Positions 28,161 to 44,127 of a stretch of DNA of 64,000 nt are shown here, one piece after another (within the stretch, counting starts at the first letter, position 1; each line of letters begins with the position of its first letter). A program made the position numbers and the translations under genes. Source of the stretch: the human T2T-CHM13v2.0 reference genome, Homo sapiens; NCBI RefSeq assembly GCF_009914755.1, contig NC_060942.1; one strand, given 5' to 3'. The notes under the pieces were generated by a model. It was not told where the DNA came from, made no database searches, and saw nothing but the letters and a program-made list of their open reading frames with translations.

Positions 28161-29139
28161 GTACTTGTTGATACACTTGGGGGTTTTTCATCAAGTAAAG
28201 GCAACTGTGGCAGAGATGCTTTCAACATCTTACTTGTTGACCCCATGGGATAGGTTCTTCAATACAAAGAGCCACTACAAGAAGAGTGTTGCAATTCATC
28301 TTCACTTACCAGGTGCAAAGAAACTACAAGGAATGGCACAAACCAAACTCAATGAAGTACCCAACTTCCCCACTCCTCAGCATTCTCCTTTAAAGAGAAA
28401 GTGGACCATTAGAGTAAAGCGAGCTGATATTAGCAATTTCTCTCAAAAAGCCACTTCCCTGGTATGTCCTGGGGTCAGGACACACTAACTTGAATTTCCT
28501 ACACACTGTTAATTGATTTCCCTGAGGGATCACAAACTTATTTATTCAAGAAAGATTCCGTGATATTCTCCAGGTAAGAATTAATGAGGCAAGATAATAG
28601 AACCACACACTTAAAATTTTCTGCAGTCAAATGGGATTAAAAGTAATTTAGGATCTGGGTATAGATCCCTGTTTCCAAGAAGAAAAATAATGTAAAATAA
28701 CCTGAGATTACCATAAAGCATGACCTATATGGGAAGAGCTGATCTCTTAATAATTTAATTTCTTCAGGTTGAAAGTAATACCATTAAGGATTTAAAATTT
28801 AGTTAAATTACCTACAATATTTTCTTAAGCCATGCCTTCCATTTTACAAAGCACTTTTACACACATTATCTGCACCTAATTTCAATGGTAGGCATTTCCC
28901 CATTGCAGAAGCACATTAGAACTTCCCTAAGTGAAAAGTTTTGCCTAGATTTTTATTCTCATTACCATACTACCTAACCACATTCTTCCCATCACGCACA
29001 TACACACACAAATGCATACATGCATCCCCACACTTCGCCTGACCTATTAATACCTCAGATCTCAGTTTAACCCTCACTTTGTTTATGGGGGCTCTCAGGC
29101 TGAAACTTAGAAAGGGGAAAGGCTACCCTCAATCCAATT

Positions 29140-29237
29140 ACATTAGCATGGTGTAGGAAAAGGTGAAGCATTTATATATTGTTAAAGCTTCTCACGTGAT
29201 TCCAATGTACAGCTGGCATTGAAAACCCTACTCTAGA
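29140..29237. mobile_element. MER5A fragment (hAT-Charlie)
   Basis: aaagcttctcacgtgattccaatgtacagctggcattgaaaaccctactctag. Confidence 0.6.
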
Positions 29238-30163
29238 TCCACGAAGATGAGAAACAAACCAGAGTTGAAAGGTTTTGGTATGGGACCAGTGCTGGTCTTA
29301 TTCAGACCCAGGAAACCTAAAGCTTAAATATATTCTACCTGGTGAGAAGGTCTCAGCTTCATTTATTTGGACTATGAGTTTCCAGAGGATTGTATGCCTT
29401 TTCGTTTTTAATATCCCCAGAGCATTTAGTTCCACCTTAGCTATGTAATAAGCATTAGCAGACTTGAACGAACTAGCTCTTTTCCAGCATCTCTTATAGA
29501 AATATTTAGATCTGACTCCATATCAATAGAATCAGAGTTTAGGGATTTAGATAATTCTGATACTGTTGCTTGACATCTGTCTAAAAATGAGTTCAGTATG
29601 AAGTGACCTTTGTGTTCAATTAACTTGAAAATTTACCTAGAGAAGGATTCACATGCAGTGTAGCCTGAGAGATTCTTGAACATTTCTAAAAATATAATGT
29701 TCACCATTTTTCCTTCAAGCCTGCATCACTGTTAGACCACTGTGATTGTTCACCATTCTTGCCTATATTGTTTGAAAGAGTTTTTCAACATAACTAATAT
29801 TTATTCATTGCTGTCATCTTGCAAACATTTTTAATTGGTGGAGGGATTACAGTAGTAAGCACGACATATTTGCTGCATTCAAGAAGCCAAGGGGTGTAAA
29901 CAAGTAAAAGGGAAACTAAGATAGTATGATAAATACTATTCAAGAGGTTCAAAACAAGATGATAACGCCAGTTTCTAGAAAAAGCACATAATTCCATCTT
30001 GGAGGTGTCCAGGAAGGCTTCTTAGAGTAAGCAAGCATGCAGATGAGGCCTGGAGCGTTAGTAATGGTCTTCTAGGTGAAATGTGTATAGCTGCAACAGG
30101 AGGGGGGCTTGGCAGGAAATAAGGGAATTGCAGAGCAGTATTCTAGGCAGTTTCTTCTAGTGT

Positions 30164-30266
30164 TAAGATGACAAACCATCCTGGTTTGCCCAGAGTTTTC
30201 CTGTTTTTAGCACTCACTGAGTGTCCCAGGTCCTGGTAACCCTTTAGTCTCAGGTTGTTCATCCTA
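30164..30266. mobile_element. MER81 (hAT-Blackjack MITE)
   Basis: TIR-like taagatgacaa...ttgttcatccta; internal ccatcctggtttgccc...ttttagcact. Confidence 0.75.
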
Positions 30267-30421
30267 GAAGGTCAAAACTGTTTCACCAAAAAGAAGGTTG
30301 TTAATATAACTCCCCACTGGTGTTCAGCCTCCATCCACATGTATCTTTATCTTGTGCACATTCAGGAAGGCTCCAGAAAGAAGGAATGGCATGATTTAAA
30401 GGGATGCTAGAATGATGATGA

Positions 30422-30829
<408 letters not shown>

Positions 30830-31729
30830 TAGATAGGGAGCTGATTCCTATGCGATTCCTATGCTAGAAATGTATGCTGGATCTAGTCTTGGGAAAGACC
30901 TCAGAGAAATATTCGGAATAGGGAACTCATCAAACCCAACAATGGTTTCACCAATCTCAGTTGCTGATAAGAAAAGAGCTTGTGTGACTGGTTGGTCAAT
31001 TCCAAGATTTAAATGTTATCTCAGAGACAAGACAGATGTGATGTGAGAAAGAAGACAGATGTGATATTATGCCTTAGAATTTCTTGGAACAGAGTTTAAT
31101 GAAAAGCTCTCTTTTAAGTGGCCATGCTACTGAGATTTTTAAAGTTGATTAGTTGACAAGACTACTTAGCATATTAGAACACTGGATACTACAAACTTAA
31201 AGATTAAAAAGAATTTTTTCTCCTACTATCTCTCACTTAATTGCTTTCTGCAGCTTGCTTGAAACAGCTGTCTCCGTATCCTAATGAGTCTCGACCGCTG
31301 GCATGGAATATTCAATGCCATTTTTCAAATGTGATTCATGGAAAAATAAAATTTCCATTTTCTACAACTTTCGTAGTAGATGTGGAATTCGGAGACACAT
31401 GCTGAAGGGGAAACACTGGGAATTCACCACTGCCTGAGCTCCATGCCCTAAGAGAAAACGAGAATCTTCCATGTACCGCCTTGCATTAAAGTGGTAATGA
31501 CTTATTCTGTTATTCTTTTAATGGATATTTTCATTTTAAATGAGACTTTCAGGAAAAGGACAGTGTTTAAAGACATGATTTTCTTAATTATTTTCATACT
31601 GAAGCAAGTTGAAAATGCTCAATGACCTATTTTCATTCACAGGGGAATATTATGATAGAAAAATACGGCTGGCTTCTAGGAGAGGTAATCCTAGAACTCA
31701 CTATTTTGATGATCTTTATAATTACGATT

Positions 31730-32410
<681 letters not shown>

Positions 32411-33459
32411 ATGGAAGTATGCTTATATGATTCAGGTTTTATAGTTTGACTTCTTTATGGATGTCTTTGTTTCCTCTTAACTTGTAATTTCTCACAAGGA
32501 TTATGTTCTTTCCCACAGTTGGAAGGAACATCTTAAACTGACTGCGCTAAGTTGTCAGAGAATGGTCAGTGTTCTGGTTCAGTGACAGTTCTTTCCATAC
32601 TTCAGTTTGAAAAACATATTTTCTAGTGGTAAAGGCTGGTGGAGATGCCCTCAACCATATTGGGTTTTTTCCTTGGCCATAGATTTTTGTGAAAAAAAAA
32701 ATCATAAAGAATTGATTCATGGGGAATTTATTTCTTTGCTAGATATTTGTTGGGTGCTGAACTACATGCTAGAAACTGATCAAAGCACCGGGGATATAGC
32801 AATAAAACTAAGTAACCAAACAACCAAGTCCCTGATCTCATGTGGTTTACTGGCTTGCTGGTGAAATTTGTGAGGCATGAAAGTTTTTTCTTAGATTTAA
32901 AAGTGTTCATGAATGTATTTGTTTGTTTACTTGCTTGCATATTTACTTCTTTTTAAGATTTCCAGAGAATACAGAGAACATTGTGTAAAAAGTAAGAAAG
33001 ATATTCTGCAATAATGTTGGTCAAAACCTATTTATTATTTTAAAGCTAAAAGAAGAAAATTGTGATCTTTATGATGATATGACAAAGGTTCATTCAGTCC
33101 TTGTTTCAGACGAATGGTGATGTCCCAAGAAGCAGATTTCTTGCTTATGCATTTGACTGTCTACTCATGTTGCTATTAATGTGTCTGTGTGTGTGCATAT
33201 ACAGATAGGCATATGGTTTTGCTTAGACTGAATCCTTTTATGCGTATGGCTATTTCCTTCTGAAAACTAAAAGGGAACTCTCAAATTTACATAATTGTTG
33301 CCCAAACTCAGTTAATATAATCTTAGGACAAGGGTTCTATGAATATTGTTTGTATTTCCGCTTTAAGATGTGGGTTTGATTACATTTTAAATAATTACTT
33401 TTCAACTCATATTTATTCTATATTTCAAAGATATTTATTCAGCCATATAGCCAAAATGC

Positions 33460-34135
33460 CTACTATGGTATTAAAAAAACAAAACAAAACGAAAAAAACT
33501 TTGTCCCCATTCCTGGCACAGAGCTCCTGAAATCTTTGGAATCTCCTGAGTAATGAGTGTCTTTGTTATACTAATGAGATGACTATTGGCTGAGAACTTT
33601 CTAGGTGGCTTCACAATGGGAACTGCTCTCCAGACAAACCATGATGAGAATGTTGGGACTTTTAGCCACATCCTCCCAAGCTCTGAGGAGAGGAAAGAGA
33701 TTGGAAATTGAGTTAATCACCAGTGGCCAATGATTTAATCAATTGTACTTACGTCATAAAACACCCTAAACTACTGGGCTTAGAGTTTCCACATTGGTGA
33801 ACACATCCACATGCTAGTGTGTGTTGCACCTCACTTCCACAAAGATAGGCATTCCTGAACTTGGGATACATTTGGACCTCACCCTATGTACCACTTTATC
33901 GGATTGTTCATTTATGTTCTTTATGATAAACTGGTAAACATAAGTAAAGTGACTTCCTGAGATCCATGAGGTGCTTTTTGAAAAAATCTGAGAAGGTAAT
34001 GGGAACCCCTGATTTATAGCCAGTCAGTGGGAAGTACAGGTGGCCTGGGACTTGGAATTGACATCTGAAGTTTAGACAGTTTTGTCTGACTGGGCCCTTT
34101 AACTTATGGGGGCTGATGCAAACTACAGGTTAAAT
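33460..34135 (+). mobile_element. MER21-family LTR
   Basis: ttgtccccattcctggcacagagctcctgaaatctttggaat...gagttaatcaccagtggccaatgatttaatcaat...gggaacccctgatttatagccagtc. Confidence 0.85.
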
Positions 34136-34339
34136 CTTCCTTGATGTGGTTCTGTACAGCAGCAAATCTTGAATTTCAGGGTCTATGCATCTTAGGGAGA
34201 AATAAAGTAGGCATGGTTGTGGAGCTTTTATTTTTAATTGGATTATTGATCCCAGTGTTTTTTTTTTTTTTCCTCTTCTATAGTACTATTAAATATCTAC
34301 AATCCTATGGTCCCATGGAGGTTAGAGTATGTTGAACTT

Positions 34340-34597
34340 GAGCTTGACTTCAGCAAGTGACTCGAACAGATGTTTGACAATGTAATTCCAGGTTGATGAT
34401 GGTCTCTTCCACTCCTTCCTTGTGCTATGAGAAAAGCATTCCTTAGGTAACTGCTAGTTCATGGATCATGGAGCTTTTGTGTAGTCTGAAGCTAAACCAG
34501 CATTACCGAATTCACTGAACCTCAGTCAGCACCTCACATATGTGCAAGAAATAAATGCTTATCAATATAAGCCACTCTTGTACAGCTGACCAGTACA
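34340..34597 (+). mobile_element. Old MLT1 (I/J-like) LTR fragment
   Basis: tgtgcaagaaataaatgcttat...taagccact...gctgaccagtaca. Confidence 0.6.
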
Positions 34598-36599
34598 GAC
34601 ATTCAAGCAATTGGCCTGAAGCCATGTCTAGTTGTCCAGACCCAAATGTTTCCCTACAACCAAAATAGATTAATGTAGGTAGCAGCTAGGTGTACCTCCC
34701 AGTGGAATAAAACTTATATTAGGAAAACAATGTATGTAACCTTTTTTGTGAGCTGAGAAATGTATAGTCTACCAACAAGATAAGTGCAGATTAGAGCTCT
34801 AAAATAAATACATGAAATAGTGCTAATATAAAAATGGATCAGACCAGTTAGACAAAATTAGCATGTGCTGACCTTCAAATTACCTAATTCTGACATTTTC
34901 TCTCTTAGGAATATGGGAGTGAAGGAAACAATTGGTTGAGGGTTGAAGGCAGTGAATCAGTGCTATGAGTTAGAATTGGAATTGGGGCAAGCTGAGAGCC
35001 CTATGAAGACCAAAGTTGTCACAGAATGAAAATAGGGAAGTAACTGGGCAGAAGAGAGAAGGGATTTGAACACACAAAAAAAATAAAGATGCAGTGAGAA
35101 AGACATTAAATTATTAAGTAGCCTTTAAAACTACTTGGGTTCTTGATAGTTTTATGATTGTATTTTTGACTCTTTTAATATTTATTATGGCAGTAAAGTT
35201 CCCATTGTTTAAGTGAACTTACTGGTTCTCTCCTGCCTACAGAAAAAAATTATTTGTATTTAAACACCTGAAAATTCAAAATAATACTAAAAACAGTAAT
35301 TTTATTTATATTTCTATATTCAGATTATATCCAACAAGCTTTGATTCTAAAATAAACATGACAACATGTTAGAGTTCTGCAGTGGGTGGCTAAGGGATCT
35401 TTTTATCTCATTATAAGTGGCACCAATGAATTCCAAGGGCCTCTCTTCTTGAGTGAGTTTGTGTGAGTGTCTTCACTTTCCAATCTAACTCAGAATTACA
35501 GTAATTTTATTTGAGATTCCTCCCAGGACTGTAAGCCGTTTCTACGAGAAATGATGAACGCATTTCTAGGGGAAACAGTACTTAGAAAATTCTCCTTAAT
35601 CCAACTTGTGTTTTCCCACTCAGCAGGCTGGAAGGGGCACACCTCCATTTGCTAGTGCCCTTCACTCCTTAATTACGGGAGAACTAATTGCCACTGCTCT
35701 GTGGTGTACAGGTTTCTACTCCTCTCAAAGCTGCAGCAAAGCTAGGTCAGCATGAGAAATTTGACCCTGTAACTGAACAGCTCTTTTAATTAGGGATGGA
35801 GTAAGAAGGAGGGGGAAAAAAAAACAGAGATTGTACAGACTGCCTATGGAGTGTAAGCAAGCCCTGTGGAGACATTTACATATCTAAATTTAGCCAACTT
35901 CAGGCTTCTAACAAGCACTGTTTCTTCCTTTAACTCAGCACTTCAAAGGGATTTGCACAGAGGTTCCCTGAAGTGAAATTGAACATGAGAATAAACATTA
36001 TATGTGCTTGTATTTTCTCTCTAGAATATTCTTAGACATATTTTAGCTTATACTTTTAACTTACCTACAACTCTTAATGATTTATTACTTCTATGAATTG
36101 ATAAAAAATTTAGAATTTAATACTGATATTGGCCTCACTGAATTACAGAAACAGTAGTAAGATATATATACTGATATACAGGGTGCGACCGTGGTAACTA
36201 CAATTCAGAAGAATTATGCCTTCTTTTGTTTAATTAAGTTAATATTTCTGTCAAAAATGGCCTGGATTGAGAAGTACGAGTGTAGTTTTTTGAGTTATGT
36301 CTACATCTGACCAGTATCAGTAGTGTGTATAAATGTATTTTTATTGTTGCTTATCTCTTCAGTTTGAGAGGGTGGGCTGTTTGAGTGGGTGGGCTGCTCA
36401 TTTCAACCTAATGAATAGTCTGATCCCTTTTCTGAAGGAGAAGACAAACCTAGAAAGGGCTTGCAAGTGGGAATTCTTTTAATTATTACTTTATCATGAT
36501 TATTCATTTAATAAAGGGAAATGGTGACTATAATGAATTGGTACAGAACATTTATTCTATCATCATCCTAGCTGTGCCATTGAAAATTCAGAAATTATT

Positions 36600-37160
36600 A
36601 AGTCTATAAACTAATTTCCCAGGCTCCTTTGTGACTTAGGTTCTATATATGATTTGAATTCAACTAATCAGATGCACTTGCTTAGTTTTGGAAGGCAGAA
36701 GTATGGTGAAGTTCACAGGAATGCTTGTTATGATTTTTCTGATGTCAAGCATATCCATGGAGGTATTGGGTTTCTCTGTAATAGCAACAATATAACTTTT
36801 AGTGTTCTATCACTAGCTTTACACATATTAAAAGGCAGAAAGTAGGGCATATATTGTCTGCAAGTGACGATATAGCAGATATAACATAATTCTAGAGGCA
36901 ACAGTTGTAGGTGGCAGCTTCCTGATCCCAGCCAATATGACGTGATCTTGAAGCCAATAATCCAAGTCTGCCACTCAGTCTTTCTGATTATGGAAGATGT
37001 AGCAGCTCCACTGGCAAGTCAATACTACTGTTTTCTGTAACTTATTTTGGATGCCCAATCTACAGTTTTCACTTCTCCATTATTCAGAGTAATTTGTAAA
37101 TACCTCATTCTCTTTATTAATTCATTTCCACGTAAAATAGTTACAGTATTTTATGTTAAC
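36600..37160 (+). mobile_element. LTR33-like ERVL LTR
   Basis: ccaggctcctttg...actaatcagatgcacttgc...tttggaaggcagaagt...tttgtaaatacctcattctctttattaa. Confidence 0.65.
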
Positions 37161-37190
37161 TACATTTTTTAACATTAACCTAATATTAAC

Positions 37191-37490
37191 TTTTTTTTTT
37201 TTTTAATTTTAGACGGAGTCTGGCTCTGTTACCCAGGCTGGAATTCAGTGGTGCAGTCTTTGCTCACTGCAACCTCTGCCTACCAGGGTTCGAGCAATTC
37301 TCCTGCCTCAGCATCCCAAGTAGCTGATTACAGGTGCCCGCCACCAGCCCTGGCTAATTTTTGTATTTTTAGTAGAGATGGGGTTTCACTATGTTGTCCA
37401 GGCTGGTCTCGAACCCCTGACCTCAGGTGATCCACCAGTCTCAGCCTTCCAAAGTGCTGGGATTACAAGGGTGAGCCACTGCACCCAGCC
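37191..37490 (-). mobile_element. AluS
   Basis: Antisense dimer with T tail. Confidence 0.95.
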
Positions 37491-40400
37491 AACTTATATA
37501 TTATTAACTCAAATGTAGCTTCAGGTAAACAGGCAAACAACTAGTCAAAACTTCAGATTGGGCTTCTGGGATTATTTATAAGAATTGAAAGCACTGAAAA
37601 TTAAATTATTATTTTAAAAAAGAATACTAGTGGTATGTAGTCATAAAACAGGTACTTAAATTATCCCTTGTGGCATAAAGTACCTATTGAAGAACAGCTT
37701 TGGAAGACAAGGGTGGTAATGGAGGTGATGGTAATGGGATATATCACTGTATGATGTTCACAGAGAATGGGGAAAGTAGCTAAGTCTAATTGCACTGCAG
37801 AGATTAACATGCAAAAAGACAAGCTGGGGGTTTTGAATTCTCAATATCATCAATATATGCTTTATTGAAGATAATAATTAATTTTGTAGCCTCAGCATTG
37901 ACATATCCAAAAACTAGACTTAGACTAAACCTGTGTATTGTTGCATTCAAGTCTAACTTGTGTTCACCAGCCTTACTGATGAAAGTTGCAATCTTGGCTC
38001 AGATTGAGACCTGTAGAATTTGAATTGGAAAATGTGGAAGGATTTGTACAATTACAAGTACCCAAACACCAAAACCGATATCCTTTGTTAGAAGCAACTT
38101 TTCACTTATCTGAGGAGCATAGTCAATCCTTGCTTGAAGGAACGGAAACAATCTCTCTTGAGCCACTTCACCATAGTCCTTATATTACATCATCCTTAGT
38201 TACCTCCATATAGATAATCACACTGAGGTTGCAGTAGGACTCAGGGGCTAATTAAATGTTAAATATGGAAAATAAAGACATACAATAAAACTATTATAAG
38301 ATTTTTAATTTATAATAATAACATTGGCAAAAAATAAGAAATATGTGTAGGAGAGGGCTAGATAAAAGTGGAGAGAAACAATTTTATATTACATAGCATT
38401 CATTGACTTGAGTAAATTACTATTTTGGATTCTGTAAGTGAGATTTAAAAGGTAGAAATAGTTATAATTGTTTGGACCAATGGTTAACTAAAACCAAGGT
38501 AAAAAAATATGCCTTCACTGAATAAAGTGGAAAAACCAGATATCCCTTGATATAATGAAAAGAAAGAGTCCTAATATTTGGTAATATGGAGAGACTGGGA
38601 GGGATTTACTGCAGGTGATCAGCTCCCCACCCCATGTCTCCATCCTTTGAGAGCATCTAGAAGAATTCCATCCACAAAATAATGAGAAGTGAACTGCTGA
38701 TGGGAGTCCTAGTATCCTTGAAAAGTGCTTTATATTTTTTCTGTAAGACAATTGTAGGGGAGATGGTAGAATATCTGGAACACAGATGGCAGCAACACTT
38801 AGCTACCAGAAGTAAGAGAGGAATGGAAATCAGAATGTTTGGACATACAGAGAACTTTGATGGTCTCTTATTGATCATGAGGTCCCTAGGAATAAAATCC
38901 TACTTAATCTGATTTGAGTCCCAGGTCTTCAACCAATTCCCCTCTATCAATATCTATGTCTGAAACAGTAAAGACTAGTTTATCTTGAAAAAAAAAAAGA
39001 TGCTATAGAGGCTTGAGAAATATCCTTGACATAATTTCACAAGGATGGGCTGAAATTGTCTTCCTCTCTGAAGTAATTGGTATTTACATGATGGCTGTTA
39101 CAGGTTTAAGAAGATGACTGTGTACTGGGGAAAGAAAAATCTCTATAATTTTTTAGAATAATTGAATCATGAATCTGAGCTACTAATAAACTCTGGGGAC
39201 TGAAATAAAAACCCTAATGGTCCACAGCTCAGAGTGAAAGCTTATGGGGTTAGGTGGTAAATGGCATTTTGACTCAAGCTCACTTCAAAGTGAAACCATC
39301 ACGTGGTTATTTCCCTGTTCTTACAAGTATAGTTAGAGTAGGTATACTCAGAAAGTTGAGAATTCCTTTATTGATTCTTTGACCCATTAAGTGAAAGCTT
39401 TAGAAAGTGAAGACCCAGGACCTACCCATTCTTTGAGAATAATAAAACAAATGCAATATTTCACTCATGGGACCCTCTCAGAGATTAGTTCCATCATCAG
39501 TTGCTTAAAATATGTGGGGTGGTTATACCTATCACATATCCTTTCAAATAACCAAATATGGACTATGCAAAAATAAACATGCCTTGATGAATGACCACGG
39601 TTATTATACATTTAATTAGGGAGTGACATCAATTGCAGTCTCCTTACTAGAGAAAACCAGCATAATCACTAACATTTGATATGTAGCTATCAATATTTTG
39701 AGTGTATTTTCCTCTATACTAATAGGCAAAGTTTAACAGGTTTCTTTCACCTGACTTTGGCAAGAGCACAACTTTATTCTCTCACATCAGAGTTATATCA
39801 ACTCTGTGCTATAATTAGTCTGCAGGAAATTTGATTCTCTCATATCCCTCAGGACACATTGGTTTACCACACTGATTTTCTCATGCCAGTAAGACCTAGT
39901 AAGAGGAAAGTAGCAAGAAATCTCATGTCTTGGAAACTTGCATTTGTTACCTACTTTTAGAAATCATTCATCTCTGGCCTGTTGGGATTCCCTGCTGGGA
40001 TTCCCTTTAGAGGCGAAGAAAAATTGGAACACCCTGAAATGACTACTACTAAGGTAGAGCCTATTGTTTTGGTAGGGGTCTTATAATTTTAGGTGCCACA
40101 TATGATATATTTGATTGTTTTGCCTCTAGCAATTTATTGCAAAGGCCCCAAATTGGCATCTTTGAGTAAGATATAGGAAAAATAAGTCTCTTTCTTTACT
40201 TGGTCCAGAATGCAGTACAAACAGCTCAGCTATTTGGCACTTACGATGTTGCAGCAGATCAGGATGCTGTAAGCAGGTATGAAAAAATTCTGATAAGAAA
40301 ACTGCAGTGTAGGCTTCTAAATATTTGGAGCATAACTATGTTATTATCAGCAAATAACCACTATTCTTTAAAGAAGTCAATCCCAAATTGTTCTAAAGTT

Positions 40401-41568
40401 CTTAGGAGCCATTTACACACTTAAAAATAATTGAACACTCCAAAGAGATTTTGTTTGTGTGGATTGTTTTTTTGATATTTATTATATAGGAAATTAATTA
40501 AAAAATTTTAGAAACCAGTAATCTGTCTAAAAAAAGAGAATAAAACAATTACATAACAAGTGATATATTTTTATAAAGAATCACTACATTTTCAAAAAAT
40601 TAGTAAGTGAAAAATTGTTTAATATTTTTTGAAATCTGTTTAATAAATTGATTAGTAGAAAACAGATTTTTTATATTTACCTCTCCATTAAATCTGTTGC
40701 AATAGATTGTTTCAATGGAAATGTACAAAGACAGTCTAGTTTCAAACACAGCTATGTAGTTAGAAAAGGGAGGAGAAATTTCATAGCCTTTTCAGGTTAT
40801 TCTGGTTTTTCTATGATACTACACCAAAACTCAACAAGTAGTTGAGCTTTAAGAGTTGCTTATAACATGGTATTTTAAACCATATCAGTGAGCGTTTTGC
40901 TCTCTGTTACATGAAAACCCATTCATCTAATTTGCATGTTAAATGCATCTTTTACCCATGCCTGGTTTTGAAAAATTATACAAAGTTTATTTGGAAACCA
41001 TTGGCTTACTGACTTAACAAGTCTTCCAAATTTTGGTACATTTCATTTATATAATCTCTCAATTACATTTCTTAATATCAACACCATCCTTATTAGAATA
41101 CTCTTTCAATATTGGGGAGCTGGCAAGCAGATAACAATTTTCAAATTTCTAATTTACACTTGAAAGCTTGAATTTTATCATGGCTTATAAATACTGTCAG
41201 TTGTTTTCCTTGAAGTAATAAGTTTATTTTATTCATTTTTGAGAAAATATCTGCCAAACAGTTTAGTTTGAAAAACAGTGAAATGGTATCACTCATTTAT
41301 TCAAATAAAAATGACATTTCGTGAAAAAAGCAACCAGTTTAGGTTCTCACTCCAACAATAGCACAAGTTTTTTTGAGACAATTAGATTTTGGTATTTAGA
41401 AATGCATTATACATACTTTCCATTTTGTCATACAAAGTATTAAAATATCATGTACCAAAGCATTAAGACAATAAAATAAATAACTTTACTACTTTTTCAA
41501 AGGGTCTATTAAGTTACATTGGCTTTTAAAAAAATAAATTTATGGTAATGAAAGATATGATGACTGCT

Positions 41569-41984
41569 TGATGTAGTTTGGATATTTGTTCCCTCCAAAT
41601 CTAATGTGGAAATGTAATGCCTAATGCTGGAGGTGTGGCCCTAGTGGGAGGTGTTTGGGTCAAGGTGGCAGATCCCTCAAGACTGGCTTAATGCCTTCCC
41701 CATGGTAATGAGTGAATTCTTGCTCTTATAAGTTCACATAAGAACTGGTTGTTTAAGAGAACATGGCATCTTTCTTGCTCCTTCTCTTGCCATGTGACAT
41801 GCCTGCTTACCCTTCACCATCCACCATGACTAAAAGCTTCCTGAAGCCTCACCAGAAGTCAAGCAGATGCTGGTGTCATGTTCCTTGTACAACCGGCAGA
41901 ACCATGAGCCAAATAAACATATTTTCTTTATAAATTATCCATCCTCAGATATTCCATTATAGCAATGTAAAATGGACTAACAAA
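41569..41984 (+). mobile_element. MSTB-like solo LTR
   Basis: tgatgtagtttggatatttgttccctccaaatct...aatggactaa; 5-bp TSD ctgct. Confidence 0.9.
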
Positions 41985-42101
41985 CTGCTAGTACCTATTG
42001 TTTGGTACCAGTGTCTGATTCATGTTAAATATAGAATTTTTATCCATCACTCTTTTGCACCATCAGTAAAAATTTTAGCATAGTGAAAAGACAGAAAACA
42101 T

Positions 42102-42459
42102 TGTATTAATCTGTTTAGGCTGCTATAATGGAATACTATTGACTGAGTGGCTCAAAAACAGAAATTTATTTCTCTCAGTTCTAGAGGCTGAGAAGCCTAA
42201 ATCCAAAGTGCCAGCTACCCTAGTGTCTGGGGAGGGTCAGTTTCCTGGTTTTCAGATGACCATTTTATTATATCCTCACATAGAAGTGAGAAGAAAAAGA
42301 AAGAAATAATGTTCTCATTTCATGTCTTTTTATAATGGTACTAATCCCATTTATAAGGGCTCTACCATCATGTCCTAATTACCTCCCAAAAGCCCAACCT
42401 CCTAATGCCATCACATTGGGAGTTAGGCTTTTCAACTTTTGAATGCTGAGGTCATAGCG
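42102..42459 (-). mobile_element. MLT1A-like solo LTR
   Basis: tgtattaatctgtttaggctgctataa...cagttctagaggctgagaag; TSD aacat/aatgt (both CpG-decay products of aacgt). Confidence 0.88.
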
Positions 42460-42512
42460 AATGTCTTAATGCTACTGTGAAAATAGTTGTGACCTGCAGA
42501 CTCCCCCAGATG

Positions 42513-42885
42513 GCAACTCTGTTTGTCAGGGTAATTAATCTTAACTATTACAGAAAAATTGATTTGCTGGTAGTATCAATGCAGGTGAGAAAGAGTATGT
42601 ATGAAACCCATAAAATACTATGAAATTCCTCCTATTACTGTCAAGTCTATCAGTAAAATTTAATGGAGTAATATAAAACCCTATATATACATAGGCCCAT
42701 ATCTGAGTGTGACTATGATGATGTAACTGCCTCTTCCAGCACCGCCAGCATATTCTGTAAAAATAATTTATAAACTATACTTGAATTTCTCCTTCTTCAA
42801 TTAACTGGTCATGGGGGAACTCTCTGTGAGGACCTGGGCATGGCTTGAAAGAGCTGGCAGTACAGCAACCAAATATCCTGGCTTG
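42513..42885 (+). repeat. ~370-bp direct duplicate of 44608-44752 + 46326-46565
   Basis: Colinear match: agggtaattaatc..actattacaga.aaattgattt ... catatctgagtgtgactatgatgatgtaactg ... caaatatcctgg. Confidence 0.92.
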
Positions 42886-43797
42886 CTTGCTTAATGGTTC
42901 AAATAACCATAAGCCATAAATTTGAGTTTGCTTAATAGTACCACATCACTAGGTGAAAGTGGTATACACAAAACTGAACTCAAGCACATGTACAAGTAAA
43001 CTGCATGAGTAGGTAATCATTCTTGCAGTGCATCTGCTCTTTTGCTGTGCTGCCTGTCAACTCTCTGTCAAGTCATACCCACAATCAGTTGATTAAAGAA
43101 AAAGAAGACATTCAAGTCTAGTTTATAAATTGTTCAACACAAAAATCTGGCAGAGCTGGAAGAGAAAGTTATATCATGATAGTCACACTCAGATGTGGCC
43201 CTGAAAGATAGTGATAAAGGAAATCCATCAAATAGGCAAAATTTCCTCTGTGCATGGAAGGTGTTATGGACCACATGATGGATTTATAACAGTCCACAAG
43301 CTTCGGCTAACAGGCTGGTGGAACATGGTCAGATGTTCAAAGAGTTAGAAGGAATAAGATTATATGACTAATGTTAAAGAGACATGGGTGAGAGATTTGA
43401 AACGTTGGGAAGAGGTCAATAATTTGAAAATATTTCTGTACTGTAAAAATGTTCACTGATTTCTCAATAGTCAGCTAGACAAGATCACTCTTTCAGTCTT
43501 TTGTTCTCAGCCATCCCTGTGCTGGTTCATTGGGCTCTTGAAATAAAAAAAAAAAACGGCCAAAGTAATAAGGAGATACATTATTTATGGGTTCAAAAAC
43601 ATAGATGATCGATCTCCAACAAGATCAATCTAGACACCACTACTAGCCCATATCCATGGGGACCAGCTAACCATCTGCTGCCAGGACAATTATATTAGAA
43701 ACCATCCATTATGGATTGGATGGTGATTTGTCCTTGCTTGGATTGCATTTATATTAAATATGGATTTGCACTGAATTTCCATCTGCTAGATATACTA

Positions 43798-44127
<330 letters not shown>

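Larger units (their letters stand above)
40395..42507. mobile_element. Charlie1-family hAT DNA transposon, interrupted by two MaLR LTRs
   Basis: tttacacacttaaaaataattgaacactccaaagagattttgtttgtgtgg start; gtgaaaatagttgtgacctgcagactccc end. Confidence 0.8.

Noticed and set aside
28165-28510. 107-aa ORF in unassigned sequence after the MLT1 fragment
   Set aside because: Non-ATG start and no recognisable homology; probably an LTR-like repeat I cannot name
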